This document shows, piece after piece, positions 37,832 through 49,381 of a stretch of 64,000 nucleotides of DNA. The notes below the pieces were generated by a model, which was not told the origin of the DNA, searched no databases, and saw nothing but the letters and a program-made list of their open reading frames with translations. The stretch is taken from positions 124,001 to 188,000 of the IMG/VR virus record IMGVR_UViG_3300031997_000001; one strand, given 5' to 3'. Position 1 is the first letter of the stretch; each line of letters begins with the position of its first letter. The translations under genes and the position numbers were made by a program.

Positions 37832-39094
37832 CTAGTTGTTGAGGACGGAGCTCCCGTCACCCGACAGGACGTCCTTGTTCTTGAGCTTCGTCTTGGCCTT
37901 CTCGACGACCTGGCCAGTCCGGGCGATGAAGAAGTCCTTGAACTCCTTGCACTGCTCCTGGCTGCCCTCGAGATCGAACTCCCGGCAGAGCATCGAGCCC
38001 ACCCACGTCTGGAGGTCGGTCCGCGCCTTGGGGTCCTTGATCTGGTGCGTCGCGATCTCGGTCGCGAAGTTGATCAGGTCATTGACCGTGGTCTGGACCG
38101 GGAGGGTGGACGCCCTGCGGTCGCTGAGCCCTTCCACCTGGGAAAGGCCGTACACCTTCACGAGGTCGCCGACGATCCCGCCGAACCGTGCGTGGATGCG
38201 CATGTTCGAGTCGCGCTGGTCCTTCGACTCCGGCACCTTCGCTTCCGGATTCGTCGAGGAGGTCGCGAACGGACAGGACCGGTTGAGCACCTGATAGAGA
38301 GAGCGAGCCTCACGGATGGAGGCCCACGACTTGGCCGCGTTGTTGATCCGCTCGGCCACGGCGGCGAAGCCCTCGTCGTTGGAGTAGGTCTGGATCATGC
38401 GGACCAGCGCGTCCGACACGTCCCCCTTGTTGTCCTTCCCCAGAGGGATCTCCGTGCGGAAGGCGGACGAGAGGACGGTCGCACCGTTGGAGCACACCAG
38501 GCGCATCAGCTCCAGGTAGATCGAGGGATTGCCGTAGCCGTCGATCGGCGTCTTGAGGCAGAACCGGGGCTCGTACTTCTCGCCGGCGATCTCCAGGTCT
38601 CCCGCGCTGGAGAGCTTGTGCTTGCTGGTGACCTCGCCGTCGGAGTACTCCGCCTCGATCGCCTCGTGCTCGCCCAGGATGTTCATCAGCCCGTAGTAGT
38701 CCACGTAGGGCTTGTTCGGGCCGGTGAGACCCAGGAAGCGGACGTCAGGACCCTTGACCTCGGTGAGGATGCGGACGCCATCCCCGCCCGAAGCGATCAG
38801 GCCGCTGCGCTTCTCGCTGATCCGGTCGAAGACCTCCTTGTGGTCGAACAGGTTGAAGATGTTCGGGCTGATCCCGAACCGGGCGCACAGCGACGACCAG
38901 AACCGCTGGCTGGTCCCGTACGACTTGCCGTCCACCGTGATGGTCGAACCCTCCAGGATGCGGCGGCTCCCGAGCTGGAGCTGGGAGAGCGAGGCCACGC
39001 GGGGAGGAGCGACCACCGTCATGTCACCGACGTTGGTTGCGACGGTCTCGAACTTCACACCGGGAGCGGCGTTGAGAGGTGCCTTCACGCTCAT
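37832..39094 (-). CDS. DUF932-like phage protein
   Basis: SD AGGAG; YLELMRLVCSNG motif; strongly biased codons. Confidence 0.6.
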   Translation of the reverse strand: MSVKAPLNAAPGVKFETVATNVGDMTVVAPPRVASLSQLQLGSRRILEGSTITVDGKSYGTSQRFWSSLCARFGISPNIFNLFDHKEVFDRISEKRSGLIASGGDGVRILTEVKGPDVRFLGLTGPNKPYVDYYGLMNILGEHEAIEAEYSDGEVTSKHKLSSAGDLEIAGEKYEPRFCLKTPIDGYGNPSIYLELMRLVCSNGATVLSSAFRTEIPLGKDNKGDVSDALVRMIQTYSNDEGFAAVAERINNAAKSWASIREARSLYQVLNRSCPFATSSTNPEAKVPESKDQRDSNMRIHARFGGIVGDLVKVYGLSQVEGLSDRRASTLPVQTTVNDLINFATEIATHQIKDPKARTDLQTWVGSMLCREFDLEGSQEQCKEFKDFFIARTGQVVEKAKTKLKNKDVLSGDGSSVLNN

Positions 39095-39223
39095 CTTGTG
39101 TCTCCTGACCTGCGTGGACGGTGCTGGCAGGTTGCCCTGCTTTTGCGCCCCACGTGGTCGGGCCACGAAAAACGACACGCGCACAGATCTCTCTGATCGG
39201 CCCTCCTAACTGGAGCCACCGGT

Positions 39224-39253
39224 ATTAAATACGGAAGGGGAATCCCCTGTCAA
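39224..39253 (-). promoter_or_regulatory. sigma70-like promoter
   Basis: TTGACA-18-TTTAAT; GGGGATTCCCC in spacer. Confidence 0.65.
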
Positions 39254-39256
39254 GGA

Positions 39257-39586
39257 TTAGGATGTGCTCCAAACGACCCAGGCACCGATCGGGGGCATGA
39301 TCCGCTTGATCTCCTTCGGAAGCGCCGCGATCTTGGCTATGGCCTTCGCCTTTTCTGCCTTTGTCGGCGTCTTGGTGATCTTGGACAAGAGGAAGTTGGA
39401 GCTCTCGTCGAAGGAGGCCAGCTCGACGCCACAGAAGCCGGGCGTCGTGTCCCCGCTCCCCGAATAGAACGTCTTGAAGAAGCCTCCGTCGTGCTCACCG
39501 GCTTCCACGTTGAGCACCTTGTTGCAGACCTTCTCGATCTCCTTGGTGAGCGGAATCCCGTAGATGACGTGCCCGATGGCGTACAT
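39257..39586 (-). CDS. Hypothetical protein
   Basis: SD AAGGAG. Confidence 0.7.
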   Translation of the reverse strand: MYAIGHVIYGIPLTKEIEKVCNKVLNVEAGEHDGGFFKTFYSGSGDTTPGFCGVELASFDESSNFLLSKITKTPTKAEKAKAIAKIAALPKEIKRIMPPIGAWVVWSTS

Positions 39587-39595
39587 GTCTTCTCC

Positions 39596-40702
39596 TTATT
39601 GTGAGCTGAGCCACCCACCCAGGGACTCTCCCCGGTTGCGGCGACGGCGAGAACTCAGGGACTTCTGGATCATCTGAGGCAGCTTCACGGACGCGGAATT
39701 GGCGATGATCCGAAGCGACGTCGCCTGGGCCAGCGCCACGTTCTCGTTGCCCACGACGCTACGCCACTGTCCTTCCTCTGATCCTTGCACCCAGACCCAC
39801 TCAGCCAGCGCCTTCACCTTGTGGGGGAAGGCGAAGCGCGTCTGCTTGCACTGGACGATCTGGGCGTACTCCTTTGACGGGTGCTTGCGGAAGACGCGGC
39901 CTCCCATCTGAATGGAAGGACCGCGGCCAGACGGACGAACGAACACGGTCTTGAGCGACGGGCAGTCGAAGCCTTCCGTCAGGATGAACACGTTGATGAG
40001 CACCGGGATCTCGCCCTTCTCGAACATCTCGAGCTGCGCATCCCGGTCCGTGTTGGCAGTGACCACTTCGGAGGCGACGCCCTTCTCCCACAGGAGGTTC
40101 TTCATCTGGTAGCACTCGTCCACCGAGAGGAAGAACACGAGCGTCTTGCCCCACTTCTCCTTCTCGCGCAGGTAGAAGTTGGAGACCGTCACCGGGTTGT
40201 ACTCGGGCATGACGAAGTGCTGGTAAGGCGCGAGGTAGCCCTGCTGGATCAGCACGTGAATGCCCGCGTCCTTGATGACCTTCTGGAAAGACAACTGCAT
40301 CCGGTCGGTCCGGAAGGGCGTGGCTGACAGGCCCAGGAACTTCTTGGGCTTCATCCGGTTCAGCAGGCTCACGCACGTTCCGCAGGCACTATGTTGGCAT
40401 TCGTCAAGAACGAGGAAGTCGCACGACGGGACTTCGTTCTGGAACAGCGAGATGTACTCGATGTCCTTGAGGCCGAAGAACTCCTCGTTCATGCCAGCGA
40501 CCTGCTTGAGCAGATTGCGACGCAGGGAAACCCAGCCGACCTTGAATCCCTGCTTCTGCATCTGGCGGGCAACTTCTAACCCGATGACACTTTTGCCGCT
40601 CCCCGTGGCCGACTCGACGAGCACCGATATGAGACCGCGGTCGTAAGCCTGGAGCGTCTTGCCGACGATCCGGCTCTGGTACGGCCTCTGTTCAAGGGGC
40701 AT
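39596..40702 (-). CDS. SF2 DEAD/DEAH-box helicase
   Basis: RPYQ; SATGSGKS; LDECQH; GLSATP; TEGFDCP; QMGGRVFR. Confidence 0.9.
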   Translation of the reverse strand: MPLEQRPYQSRIVGKTLQAYDRGLISVLVESATGSGKSVIGLEVARQMQKQGFKVGWVSLRRNLLKQVAGMNEEFFGLKDIEYISLFQNEVPSCDFLVLDECQHSACGTCVSLLNRMKPKKFLGLSATPFRTDRMQLSFQKVIKDAGIHVLIQQGYLAPYQHFVMPEYNPVTVSNFYLREKEKWGKTLVFFLSVDECYQMKNLLWEKGVASEVVTANTDRDAQLEMFEKGEIPVLINVFILTEGFDCPSLKTVFVRPSGRGPSIQMGGRVFRKHPSKEYAQIVQCKQTRFAFPHKVKALAEWVWVQGSEEGQWRSVVGNENVALAQATSLRIIANSASVKLPQMIQKSLSSRRRRNRGESLGGWLSSQ

Positions 40703-40729
40703 AGATTTCCTCCGCCTCCTCATCGGGGG

Positions 40730-40759
40730 ATGGTAGCATGTGGAGGGATTGAACGTCAA
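40730..40759 (-). promoter_or_regulatory. sigma70-like promoter for helicase
   Basis: TTGACG-18-TACCAT with TG extension. Confidence 0.6.
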
Positions 40760-40763
40760 GCAT

Positions 40764-43700
40764 TCACATGATCCCGCAGTCCAGGTACGCGAGGATCTTG
40801 TTGGCGATGACGTTGGCCTGCCTGTACGCTTCCTTGCCCTTGTCCTCGCTCTCCAGGACGAAAAGGACCGGACTCATGGCGCAGTCGGTCCTCACCCTGC
40901 AGATCCACCGGAAACTCACATGGCAGGGAACCAAGTAGTAGAGCAGGATCGGCAGCTTCTTCAAGCTCTTGACTTCGAACCAGATCCTGAACTCGTCCTT
41001 CCCGTGGCCGCAGCAGGACTCTGTCGTCTGGAGGCCGGGAATCTTGTTGATGGCGTTGCAGAGCTTGACGCACTCCGGGTCCATCTTGTTGGGGTTGCGC
41101 TTCACTTCTTCCCCTCCTTCTTCGCGTTCTCCCGGAGGCGCTTGGGAACGTCACCGTACATCCAGCCGCCATTGTTGTCCTTGTGGTTGAAGACCTCGAG
41201 AGCCTTTGACCAGGACTTGCAGACGCCGAAGATCGCGTCGAGGACCTGCTCCTCGTAGGCCTTGGGGGCCAGATCCTCGAGCCGCATCTCCTCTCCCATC
41301 CCCTCGTAGTAGTCGTTCCACTCGGCGACCAGCTGCTCGATCGTTTTGCTGGAATCCATCACTTGACCTCCTTGATGGTGATCTCAAAGTCGCTGGCCTG
41401 GGTGACCACGAGACCGCGGCTGCTGGTGGGGCACGAGCGGGTCTCCACCTTCCGCACGACGAGAGTGGTGGAAAGGGCAGAGACCTCGTGATAATCCACG
41501 TGGAAGCCGCGCCTCGAAAGAAGCGTGGCAACTTCCTTGGTCAGGTCGTCCTTGGTCATCTTCCCTCCTAGGCATCCAGCAACTCGCCGCACTCCTCACA
41601 CTCGTAGCCGTCCAGATCGATCTCCCCGCCGTTCGTCCATGGGCCCAGCTTCCCTTTCTCGGTGATCTCCCGGTGGCGGCACATAGAGAAGGATGCCAGT
41701 AGCTTACCGCCGCATTTGCAGTGGGTCGGATGGCGGAATTCCGGAAGCTTGGTCCTCTTGGCGCTGGTGAAGATCGTCCCGCTCTCGCAGAACTCGTAGA
41801 TCTTGCCGTAGATCCGCGCCAGATAGACCTTCTTGTTCCATCGCCTGCCGTACGTGATGAAGGCGGACCCGCAGTTCTCGCCGCCGTACAAGGTCACGGC
41901 CTCGTCCCGGCGTAGCATCGCCGCCTTCTGTGCTTCTGTCATCTTCATCGCCCGCCTCCTATCTTGTGTCCCATGGCTCGGGCCAGGATGAGCATCCGCT
42001 TGGACGGCCTGTTGCAGTCTTCGCAGAGCTTGATGGCCGGACATTCCCGCGCCTTGCAGATCTTGTCCTCGGGGACGGATCGGCCACAAGCCATACAGCG
42101 GCGCATGAGTGGGGTGTCCATTACCAGGAAACTCGGATCAGGTAATTGCCGGGCTGGAGGATGCCCTTCTCGACCAGCAGATTGAATAGCGGCCAGGACC
42201 GGTACTGGAGGTTTCCGTTCGCCAGCTCCTTCCGATCGTACGGGTCCAGCTTCCCGTCCACGCCCACGTAAGCCTTGTCGATGTCGTTGCCGCATTCCTC
42301 ACATGCGGCGTACTCATACTTCCCCTTCGCCTCTGGCACGTTCTTGTTGACCAGCTCCTCAAACTCGTGGTAGCCCATGACGGTAAAGGTCAGCGTCTTC
42401 ATTTCACCTCCTATTTCAGCTGGACCACGGCTTCGGTGCTGACGTCGAGCGTGAACAGGCCCGTGTCGTCCGAGGCGTTCTTCTCCCAAGACGGTCGCGT
42501 TGCCGTGTGCAGCCTTGTGGCTGATGCATCCACGATCCAGTGCCGCCGCGTTTTCCGCGTCCGGAGCATCGAGCGCAGCTGCGCATCCGTAGACCGGGAT
42601 GTGGAATCAAAGGGGAACAAGACCTCCGACACGCGGATCAGCACCTCGTCGTGCGTCATCTTTCCCGTCTTGTCCACGAAGATGCGGTAACTCTCGCCAT
42701 CCTCGATGATCCAGGCGTTCATGTGGCCTCCTAGTTTGGTCGGACCGTAAGCTCCAGCAGGCCCGGACCAGCCTCGGTCTTCCAGCAGACCGCGTTGGCG
42801 ATCCGGTCCGGATCGATCTTCTTGTCCTGCGCCATGTAGAGGATGCCGAAGATTCGGTCGAACCGCTCATAGAACGCGTGGTCCGGCTGACGGATGGCAG
42901 GGATTTCTGACGGAGGGACCGAGGCGAGCCACTTAAGCTCTGATTGGATCTTCCCGGCAGACATCTGCCACTTCATCTGGCGGCTCATTCGTCCTCCTGA
43001 TCTCCGTCCTCGATCCCCCACTCCCGAGTGAGCTTGGACTTGGGCAGCTTCTTGAAGGCCTTCCTGACGGCCTCGTATCCCTTGGGGAACGCCAGGAACA
43101 GGGAATTGCCGGAACCCAGATCGATCTCGATGTCTCCCCAGGAAGAACGCGGGTCGATGGAGATCTCCCCACTCTCTTCGCCTCCGTCCTTCAGGTCGTG
43201 CTCCTCCTGGTCCAGGATCGCCTTGGCGAGATTCTCGGCGATCTGCTTGACCGGGAGAGAGCGGTTCCAGACATCAGCCTCGTAGAAGAAGGGAGTCTGC
43301 GGCTCGTGGATTTCCGGGTCGTACTCGACCGCCGCGAACGCGATCTTCATGTGGCCTCCTATGTCTCCAGTTTCTTGATGATTGGGGCAGCTGCCCACAG
43401 AGCCGATGAGAGCCTGGCGTAATAACGGACGTCGGGCGGTCCAGCCTCCGGATCGTTAACGGTGAGCCTGTATCCTTCCTGCTTGACCCAGTCGATCTCG
43501 ACCTCGACCTGATCGCCCGGTCGTTTGACTTTGACCTGGAGGATCTTGTAGGTCATGTGGCCTCCTAGTCGGTGAAGGTGGTCTCGCCGAGGCGGATCAG
43601 CTTGGGCTGGTGGCGGACGAACTTGAGGGCGACGACGGTGCCCACCGGCTGTTCCCGAGCCAGATCAATCAACTTGATTGCTGACTTCGTGGACCAGTCA

Positions 43701-44527
43701 GAGTCGGAGACGCCTGGATAAGCGGCGTTATTGCTTCGGATACAGGCGTCGATCAGCTCCTGGAGAGCGACCGGGACTTCCACGACGACCGCTCGAGTCG
43801 TCGCCTTGCGAGACGAGATGCCAGAAAAGGCGCGGTCGCACCCGCAGTTTTTGTTGTCGCACTGGAACGCGGACAGGATGACCGGTTCCAGGAAGTTGGT
43901 CCAGTTGAAGTGCGCGCCGCACCTCCCGTGATCTCCGTAAGAAACCAGGATCTTCATGTGGCCTCCTTGTCTTCTGCGTCCACGTCCAGCTTCCGGACCT
44001 CCGCAGCTCCGAACTCCGGCTTCTGGATGTCGGACTGCTCGACCTTCTTCATGATCTCGCAGTCTTCTATGTGGCAGAAGTCGTCGGTGCGGCAGTCGAA
44101 GCAGCAGGTCAGATTGGGACACGCCTCCTGCACGATCTTGTAGAACTCGTCGCCGAACTTGTTGAAGGCCTTGTTGAGGATGAACGTGAGCAACCGGTTG
44201 TTGGGGTCGCCGATGATCGGACAGCGATTGCAGTCCTCGTTGCACAGACCCTTGCGGTCCATAGGATCTCCTAGACGGCCTGACACAGGAACCAGCGATG
44301 AGTCCCGTTCACGCGAGACAGCTTGTCCGGCTTGCTGACCGGCTCGAAACAGGCCTCGTCCTTGAACTCTTCGACTTCATCTGACGTAAGTTTATACTTC
44401 TTGATGATGTCTCCTACTTGAACTCGATCCGGGCATCAGGCGGGCGGTTATACCGCTCGCATTCGGGATCCTTGACCGTGGTCCACCACGGACGCTTGGT
44501 CTTCTGTCGCCGCTGTGGCTTCTTCAC
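40764..44527 (-). other. About 14 small hypothetical genes (e.g. 40764-41105, 41102-41362, 42411-42722, 42731-42988, 42985-43350, 43359-43556, 43565-43957, 43954-44262)
   Basis: Tiled ORFs, several preceded by GGAGGCCAC-ATG. Confidence 0.65.
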
Positions 44528-44535
44528 ATCCCCTC

Positions 44536-45300
44536 CTAGATGTCCAGAACCCTGGACCCGAGGTTGCCGAACTTCTGCAGGACCTGCTTGGACGCGCCGG
44601 TCTCGGCTTCCAGCGAACCCCAGTCGAAGTTGCTGGACGTCGTCGACGGACCGTCGTCGTCTCCCAGCCTGCGCCCACCCAGGTCGCCGAACTTCTTGAG
44701 GGCGGCGATGACGGAAGCGGCGATCCGCTTGAGCACCATCCGCACGCCGGCGACCAGCTTGTTCTCCACGTCCCATCGGCGGTCGAAGGCCATCGTTCCG
44801 CCGGCCTTGCTCTCGGCGATGGACTTGAGCTGCCAGGCCTGGTCCTTGTTGATGACCAGGTGGGTGACGTCCTTGGACCAGGAGTTCATGACCTCGGCGT
44901 AGACGAACTTGTTGGCGTCGTAGTTCTGCAGGATCTTGAGGGTGCCCGCGTCCACCTGGGGACCGAAGGGCTTCTTCTTCGACAGCTGCAGGTCGACGAA
45001 CTCGAAGCGGGCGATCTTGTACTGGTGGCCCAGCGTCTTAGCCACCTCTTCCTCCTGACGGAGCTCGCCGATCTGGGTCTCGACGTACTGACCCTCCTTA
45101 CGCGGCCGGAGCTTGTCCTTGAGCTTCTTGGCCAGGAACTCATCCAGCTCGGACTCCGTGGCGAAGTCCAGGACCTGTTCCGCGGACGATCCGCCGACGC
45201 GTCCCCATGAGAGGGTCAGCTTGAGCCCGTCCCTCTCGGTTTTGTAAAACTTGTTGTGTTGTGCGCTTTTGCACAGGTAGTACTTCACTTCTTTCGCCAT
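44536..45300 (-). CDS. WGR-domain protein
   Basis: HNKFY...LSWGRVG..Q; C-terminal FGxLGxR repeats. Confidence 0.8.
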   Translation of the reverse strand: MAKEVKYYLCKSAQHNKFYKTERDGLKLTLSWGRVGGSSAEQVLDFATESELDEFLAKKLKDKLRPRKEGQYVETQIGELRQEEEVAKTLGHQYKIARFEFVDLQLSKKKPFGPQVDAGTLKILQNYDANKFVYAEVMNSWSKDVTHLVINKDQAWQLKSIAESKAGGTMAFDRRWDVENKLVAGVRMVLKRIAASVIAALKKFGDLGGRRLGDDDGPSTTSSNFDWGSLEAETGASKQVLQKFGNLGSRVLDI

Positions 45301-45375
45301 GGGTTGCACTCCAGAGGAGGCTGAAGAAGTAGACAGTCATAGCTGCGGTCAGGGCCAGAGCGAACTCGGGAGCCA

Positions 45376-46568
45376 TCAGTGGATGGCGACCTCGACTGCG
45401 CGATTGCCGATGAGCTGCTTGTCGACTAGCATGGCGAAGACCTTCCCGGCTGCCTTCCCTTCCGTCTTGCCGTAGTGACGCTGCATCCCCTCGACCCCGA
45501 CCGTGGGATGGATGTGCAACCAGGCTACCCATTTGCCCGGCTTGTCCATGGACTCCTGCACCCGGATGAGGATTCTGTCTTTCTCTTTCTTCATCCCTCG
45601 TTCTCCTTGTTGAACTTCTCGATCGCCTTGGCCAGCTGCTCGGCGGCGGGGCCGAAGACGTACTCGTGGGACGCGTTCTCCTCGTCGACGAAATAGCCAG
45701 CGATGTAGGGTGCGATGGACAGGAGACCGAAGCTCATCGGAGCGATCCAGATTTCCCCATGGGCGTCGTAGCCCTTGGGCTTGCGGAACTTCTCGCCCTC
45801 GCCGGAGTAGAGCGTGCTGCCGTCCAGCTGCTTCCAGCCGTGCTTGATCAGCCATTCGCTGAGCGTCTCGCCCATATCAAGCCTCCTAGGTAAGGAACTT
45901 CTTGAGATCCGGCCGGAGCGTCTTAGCCTCCCTGATCTGGTTCCAGATGAACAGCCTCCGGAGCGGGACCGTGAATCCTCCCTTGCGGATCCTGTAGCGC
46001 TTGTCCAGCCAGGCCTTGAGCGTGGGATACTTCCCCTTTTCCCCGCGCCATGAGACGCCGCAGATCCCGTCGTCCGTGATGATCCCGTTGAACTTGAACG
46101 CCAGGTCGTTGATGAAGCAACCCTCGACCCAGGAGTCCAGATCTCCCATAGAGCCGTGCCGGATCTCGATCTTGTGCGAGCTCCCGAGCCAGATGGGGTG
46201 GGCGTGATCCTTCCACATGATGATCCCGCACCCGCCAGGACCCCAGCCGTCCCATCCCTTCTCGACCTTGACCTGGCCGCCGAATCGAGCCTTGCTGATC
46301 TCCGTCAGGGCGTCAAACAACTTGTCGCCTGTCAGCTTGTGGTGGGTCGTGATGTAGCCGTGGTTGGCCATCAAGCCTCCTAGTTGCAGACCGTGAAGTC
46401 CTTGACCTTCTTGTTCTTGCGCAGGGCCTCGCGGACGGCATCGATCACAAGGGGTCGAAGCTCGTCCTTCGGGAGGCCCTCGACGTCGATGATGAAGTCG
46501 TCCTTCGGGCCTTCGCCCAGCGAAATAGAGACGGAATTCATGAAGCCGCGATGGGGTTTCTTGCTCAT
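45376..46568 (-). other. Four small hypothetical genes (45376-45594, 45591-45875, 45886-46374, 46380-46568)
   Basis: Tiled ORFs with SD. Confidence 0.6.
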
Positions 46569-47413
46569 TTCAGCCACTCCTTGAACTGGTCGTAGGTGAC
46601 CACGTCCAGCCCGAGTTCCATGGCAGCCATTGCCTTGTTACTGCCGGTGCCGAGCGCCTTGACGATCAGGTGCGTGCAGTTCTTGGACACGCTGCTCCTG
46701 ACGACGCCGCCCAGGGACTCGAACTTCTCCTGCTCGGCTCCCGTGGGCCGGACCCCCGTAAAGACGATGGCCCGACCGGCCAGCTTGCCGCCCGTTGCCA
46801 CGGGCTTCGCCTTCTCGGCCTTCGCAATCTTGACGACCTTGAGCAGCTTCTTGATGAGCGGCAGGTTGGCCTCCACGCCGGCGGCCACGCCCTCCCGGAT
46901 GGCAGGTCCGAGAGTTTGGCACTTGCGGATGAATGCCGGATCCGAGAACTTCTCGGTCGTGTCCAGCCCGTTGTCCTCCACCATGTGCTTCGCGGCCCGG
47001 GTGCCCAGAAAGCGAACACCCAAAGATCCAAAAAATTCGTGAAGCTGGAGTTCCTGGGTCTTTCCGATCTCGTCCAGGATCTGCTTGGCGCGATCCTCGC
47101 CGAGTCGACCATTGCCCACTTTGAGATCTGCCAACTGCTTTTGGGTGAGCGCGTAAAGATCAGCGGGATCGCGGACCAATTCGCTATCCCACAGGGCGAG
47201 CTCAACCTCATCTCCCAAGAATTTGATATTCAGCGATTTTCTCCAGCGACGGACCTTCCTGATCAGACGCCCTTCGCATTCCTCATTCTGACAGAAGAGG
47301 GCTGGCCCGACACGCACAAGCTTGGACTTGCAAGCGGGGCATGAAGTAGGGATGGCGATGGGCTTGTCAAGCCGCTCGAGCTCGACCATCTTACCCTTGC
47401 ATTTGATTTGCAT
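46565..47413 (-). CDS. ligA: NAD-dependent DNA ligase C-terminal half (Zn finger, HhH, BRCT)
   Basis: PTSCPAC..FCQNEEC; LNIKFLG; DPADLY; LGVRFLG; IVFTG..GGVVRSSVSKNCTHLI; own GGAG SD. Confidence 0.85.
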   Translation of the reverse strand: MQIKCKGKMVELERLDKPIAIPTSCPACKSKLVRVGPALFCQNEECEGRLIRKVRRWRKSLNIKFLGDEVELALWDSELVRDPADLYALTQKQLADLKVGNGRLGEDRAKQILDEIGKTQELQLHEFFGSLGVRFLGTRAAKHMVEDNGLDTTEKFSDPAFIRKCQTLGPAIREGVAAGVEANLPLIKKLLKVVKIAKAEKAKPVATGGKLAGRAIVFTGVRPTGAEQEKFESLGGVVRSSVSKNCTHLIVKALGTGSNKAMAAMELGLDVVTYDQFKEWLK

Positions 47414-47451
47414 GAGGAATTGCTCCAGTATGTTAAAGGCAAACATAAAAC

Positions 47452-48312
47452 ATGAACATAATAACAGAATACAAGCAGGGATTGTCCAGTCTTATGCTTG
47501 CGCGCAAATATGGCATTCCAAAGTGCGCAGTTCTGCGGATTCTTGCAAAAGCTGGCGTTGAACGGCGCTCGCTTTCTGTCGCACTTAGAAAGTATGCCAT
47601 AGATGAGACTTTCTTCGATCGGATCGACAACGAACGGAAAGCGTATTGGCTCGGGTTCTTATTAGCTGATGGACACATACGCCATTCGGGTCGTTTCAAC
47701 AGGAGCGGGTCTGTAAGGGTGGCACTACAAGGGCGAGATGTGGCGCACCTTGAAATGCTCAAATCACACATAGGCAGCCAAAAGCCGATCAAGCTCACCA
47801 CCACAAATGCGGGGCACCCGTGTTGCATGCTTGATCTTCACTCTACGAGACTCGCGAACGTCCTGCTGTCTGCTGGCTGGACTGAGTTTAAAGAGAAAGG
47901 CGACTGCCGCATTTTAAGCACAGTACCGTTACGGTTGCGGCGACATCTCGTACGCGGCCTTGTAGACGGCGATGGTCACTTTCGGAGTTCTCCGGCTTAC
48001 AGGTGGAGAAACGGCAGGGTGTCGTACCAGCTCCATTTTGAGTTTGTCGACCTCCACCTTCCTATCGTTCAATGGGTCCAGCAGTACCTCGTGCGGCATT
48101 GTGCCATGCACCGCACAAAGGTATATCATCCATCAAAAGCTTACACGATCCGTTACGGTGGTAAGCAGGTCACGCGTATTTTGCGCCACCTCTACGCTAG
48201 CGCACACGTCGCACTTGAGCGGAAGGTAATTAAAGCACATGCTTTGCTTTCTGCTGCGTCTCCGTCCCCACAAATCCGCAGCCGGAGCACCGATAAGTCG
48301 GCTCCGCTTTGA
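47452..48312 (+). mobile_element. LAGLIDADG homing endonuclease gene, antisense inside ligA
   Basis: N-terminal HTH; KAYWLGFLLADGH and HLVRGLVDGDG motifs; LERK; atypical codon use. Confidence 0.85.
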
Positions 48313-49381
48313 TGCACTTCGGCACAACATCCCCAGCCCTGATGATGGCCACAGTCGATCCGAGCCTGGCCCCGAGGCGTTCGATCTCCTCCACGTTGTT
48401 GAGGAGTACGTTCGAGATGATCACGCCTCCGATTCCGACGGGCTTGACCTTTCCGGTCGGAATTATGGCCCCTGTATGTCCAATGGTGAAGATCACGTCC
48501 TCGAGAACGGTCTCCGCCCCGAGCGCCTCCCACTTGTACGCCCGCTGTCCCTTCGGCCGGTCGTCCGAGACGCCCATCGCCTCGGAAGCCGCGCAGTCGT
48601 TGAGCTTGACGACGATCCCGTCGACCTCGAAGGGCAGCTTCTCCCGCGCCTGGCCCATCGCCTCGTGCGCCTTCTCGACGTTCTCCAGCTTGGTCAGCTT
48701 CTGCATCAGGTGGACCTGGAACCCGCAGCTCTCCAGGAACTGGAGCTTCTGGAGCTCGGTGCCCACGATCAGCAGGTCAGACTCCGTGCCGACGACGTCG
48801 TACGGCAGGACGCGCAGATGCTCGCATCCGGCCCCGTCCTTGGACCGCATGACCCCGTTGCCCTGGTTGCGCGGGTTGGAGCCATCCGGCCAGTACTTCT
48901 TGAAGTCCTCCTTGTACAGCAGACACTCCCCGCGGATGAACCCGGTGAACGGGGTAGGGAGCTGCTTGATGATATGCGTGGACCTGAGGATGTTGACCGT
49001 CACGTCCTCCCCGACCTTCCCGTCGCCTCGGGAGACCGCCCGGACCAGCTTCCCCTTCTTGTACTCCAGGGAGAGCGAGCAGCCATCATACTTCCACTGG
49101 ACCACGACTTCCTTGACGGGGAGCTTGTCCCACCACTTCCCCAGCTCCTCGAGCGTCTTGACCTTCTCCTGGGAGCCCATCGCTATGGCGTGCTTGACCG
49201 GCTTGAAGAGGGAGCCAGCCGGCGGGGCGCCGACCGTCTTGAGGAAGTCGTTCTTGGGGTCCAGCTCCCGAAGCTGGTCGACCAGCGCGTCGAACTCGGC
49301 GTCCGTCAAGAGAGAGACGCCGGTGTTGTAATAGGCCTCGGAGGCGGCCTTCAGCTGGGCGACGATCGCGGTGATGCTCAT
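48230..49381 (-). CDS. ligA: NAD-dependent DNA ligase N-terminal half (adenylation + OB)
   Basis: YYN..DAEFD; KYDG; RGDGKVGEDVT; RGE; NPRN; DGIVVK; AYKW; RAGDVVP. Confidence 0.9.
   Translation of the reverse strand: MSITAIVAQLKAASEAYYNTGVSLLTDAEFDALVDQLRELDPKNDFLKTVGAPPAGSLFKPVKHAIAMGSQEKVKTLEELGKWWDKLPVKEVVVQWKYDGCSLSLEYKKGKLVRAVSRGDGKVGEDVTVNILRSTHIIKQLPTPFTGFIRGECLLYKEDFKKYWPDGSNPRNQGNGVMRSKDGAGCEHLRVLPYDVVGTESDLLIVGTELQKLQFLESCGFQVHLMQKLTKLENVEKAHEAMGQAREKLPFEVDGIVVKLNDCAASEAMGVSDDRPKGQRAYKWEALGAETVLEDVIFTIGHTGAIIPTGKVKPVGIGGVIISNVLLNNVEEIERLGARLGSTVAIIRAGDVVPKCIKAEPTYRCSGCGFVGTETQQKAKHVL

Noticed and set aside
39100-39190. c-di-GMP-I riboswitch
   Set aside because: GCAAAA plus a GNRA hairpin is present, but the following GACGCAAAG element and second stem are absent.
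47414-48229. Group I intron or intein in ligA
   Set aside because: The endonuclease is antisense and fills the gap; there is no room for a ribozyme core and no in-frame intein termini.
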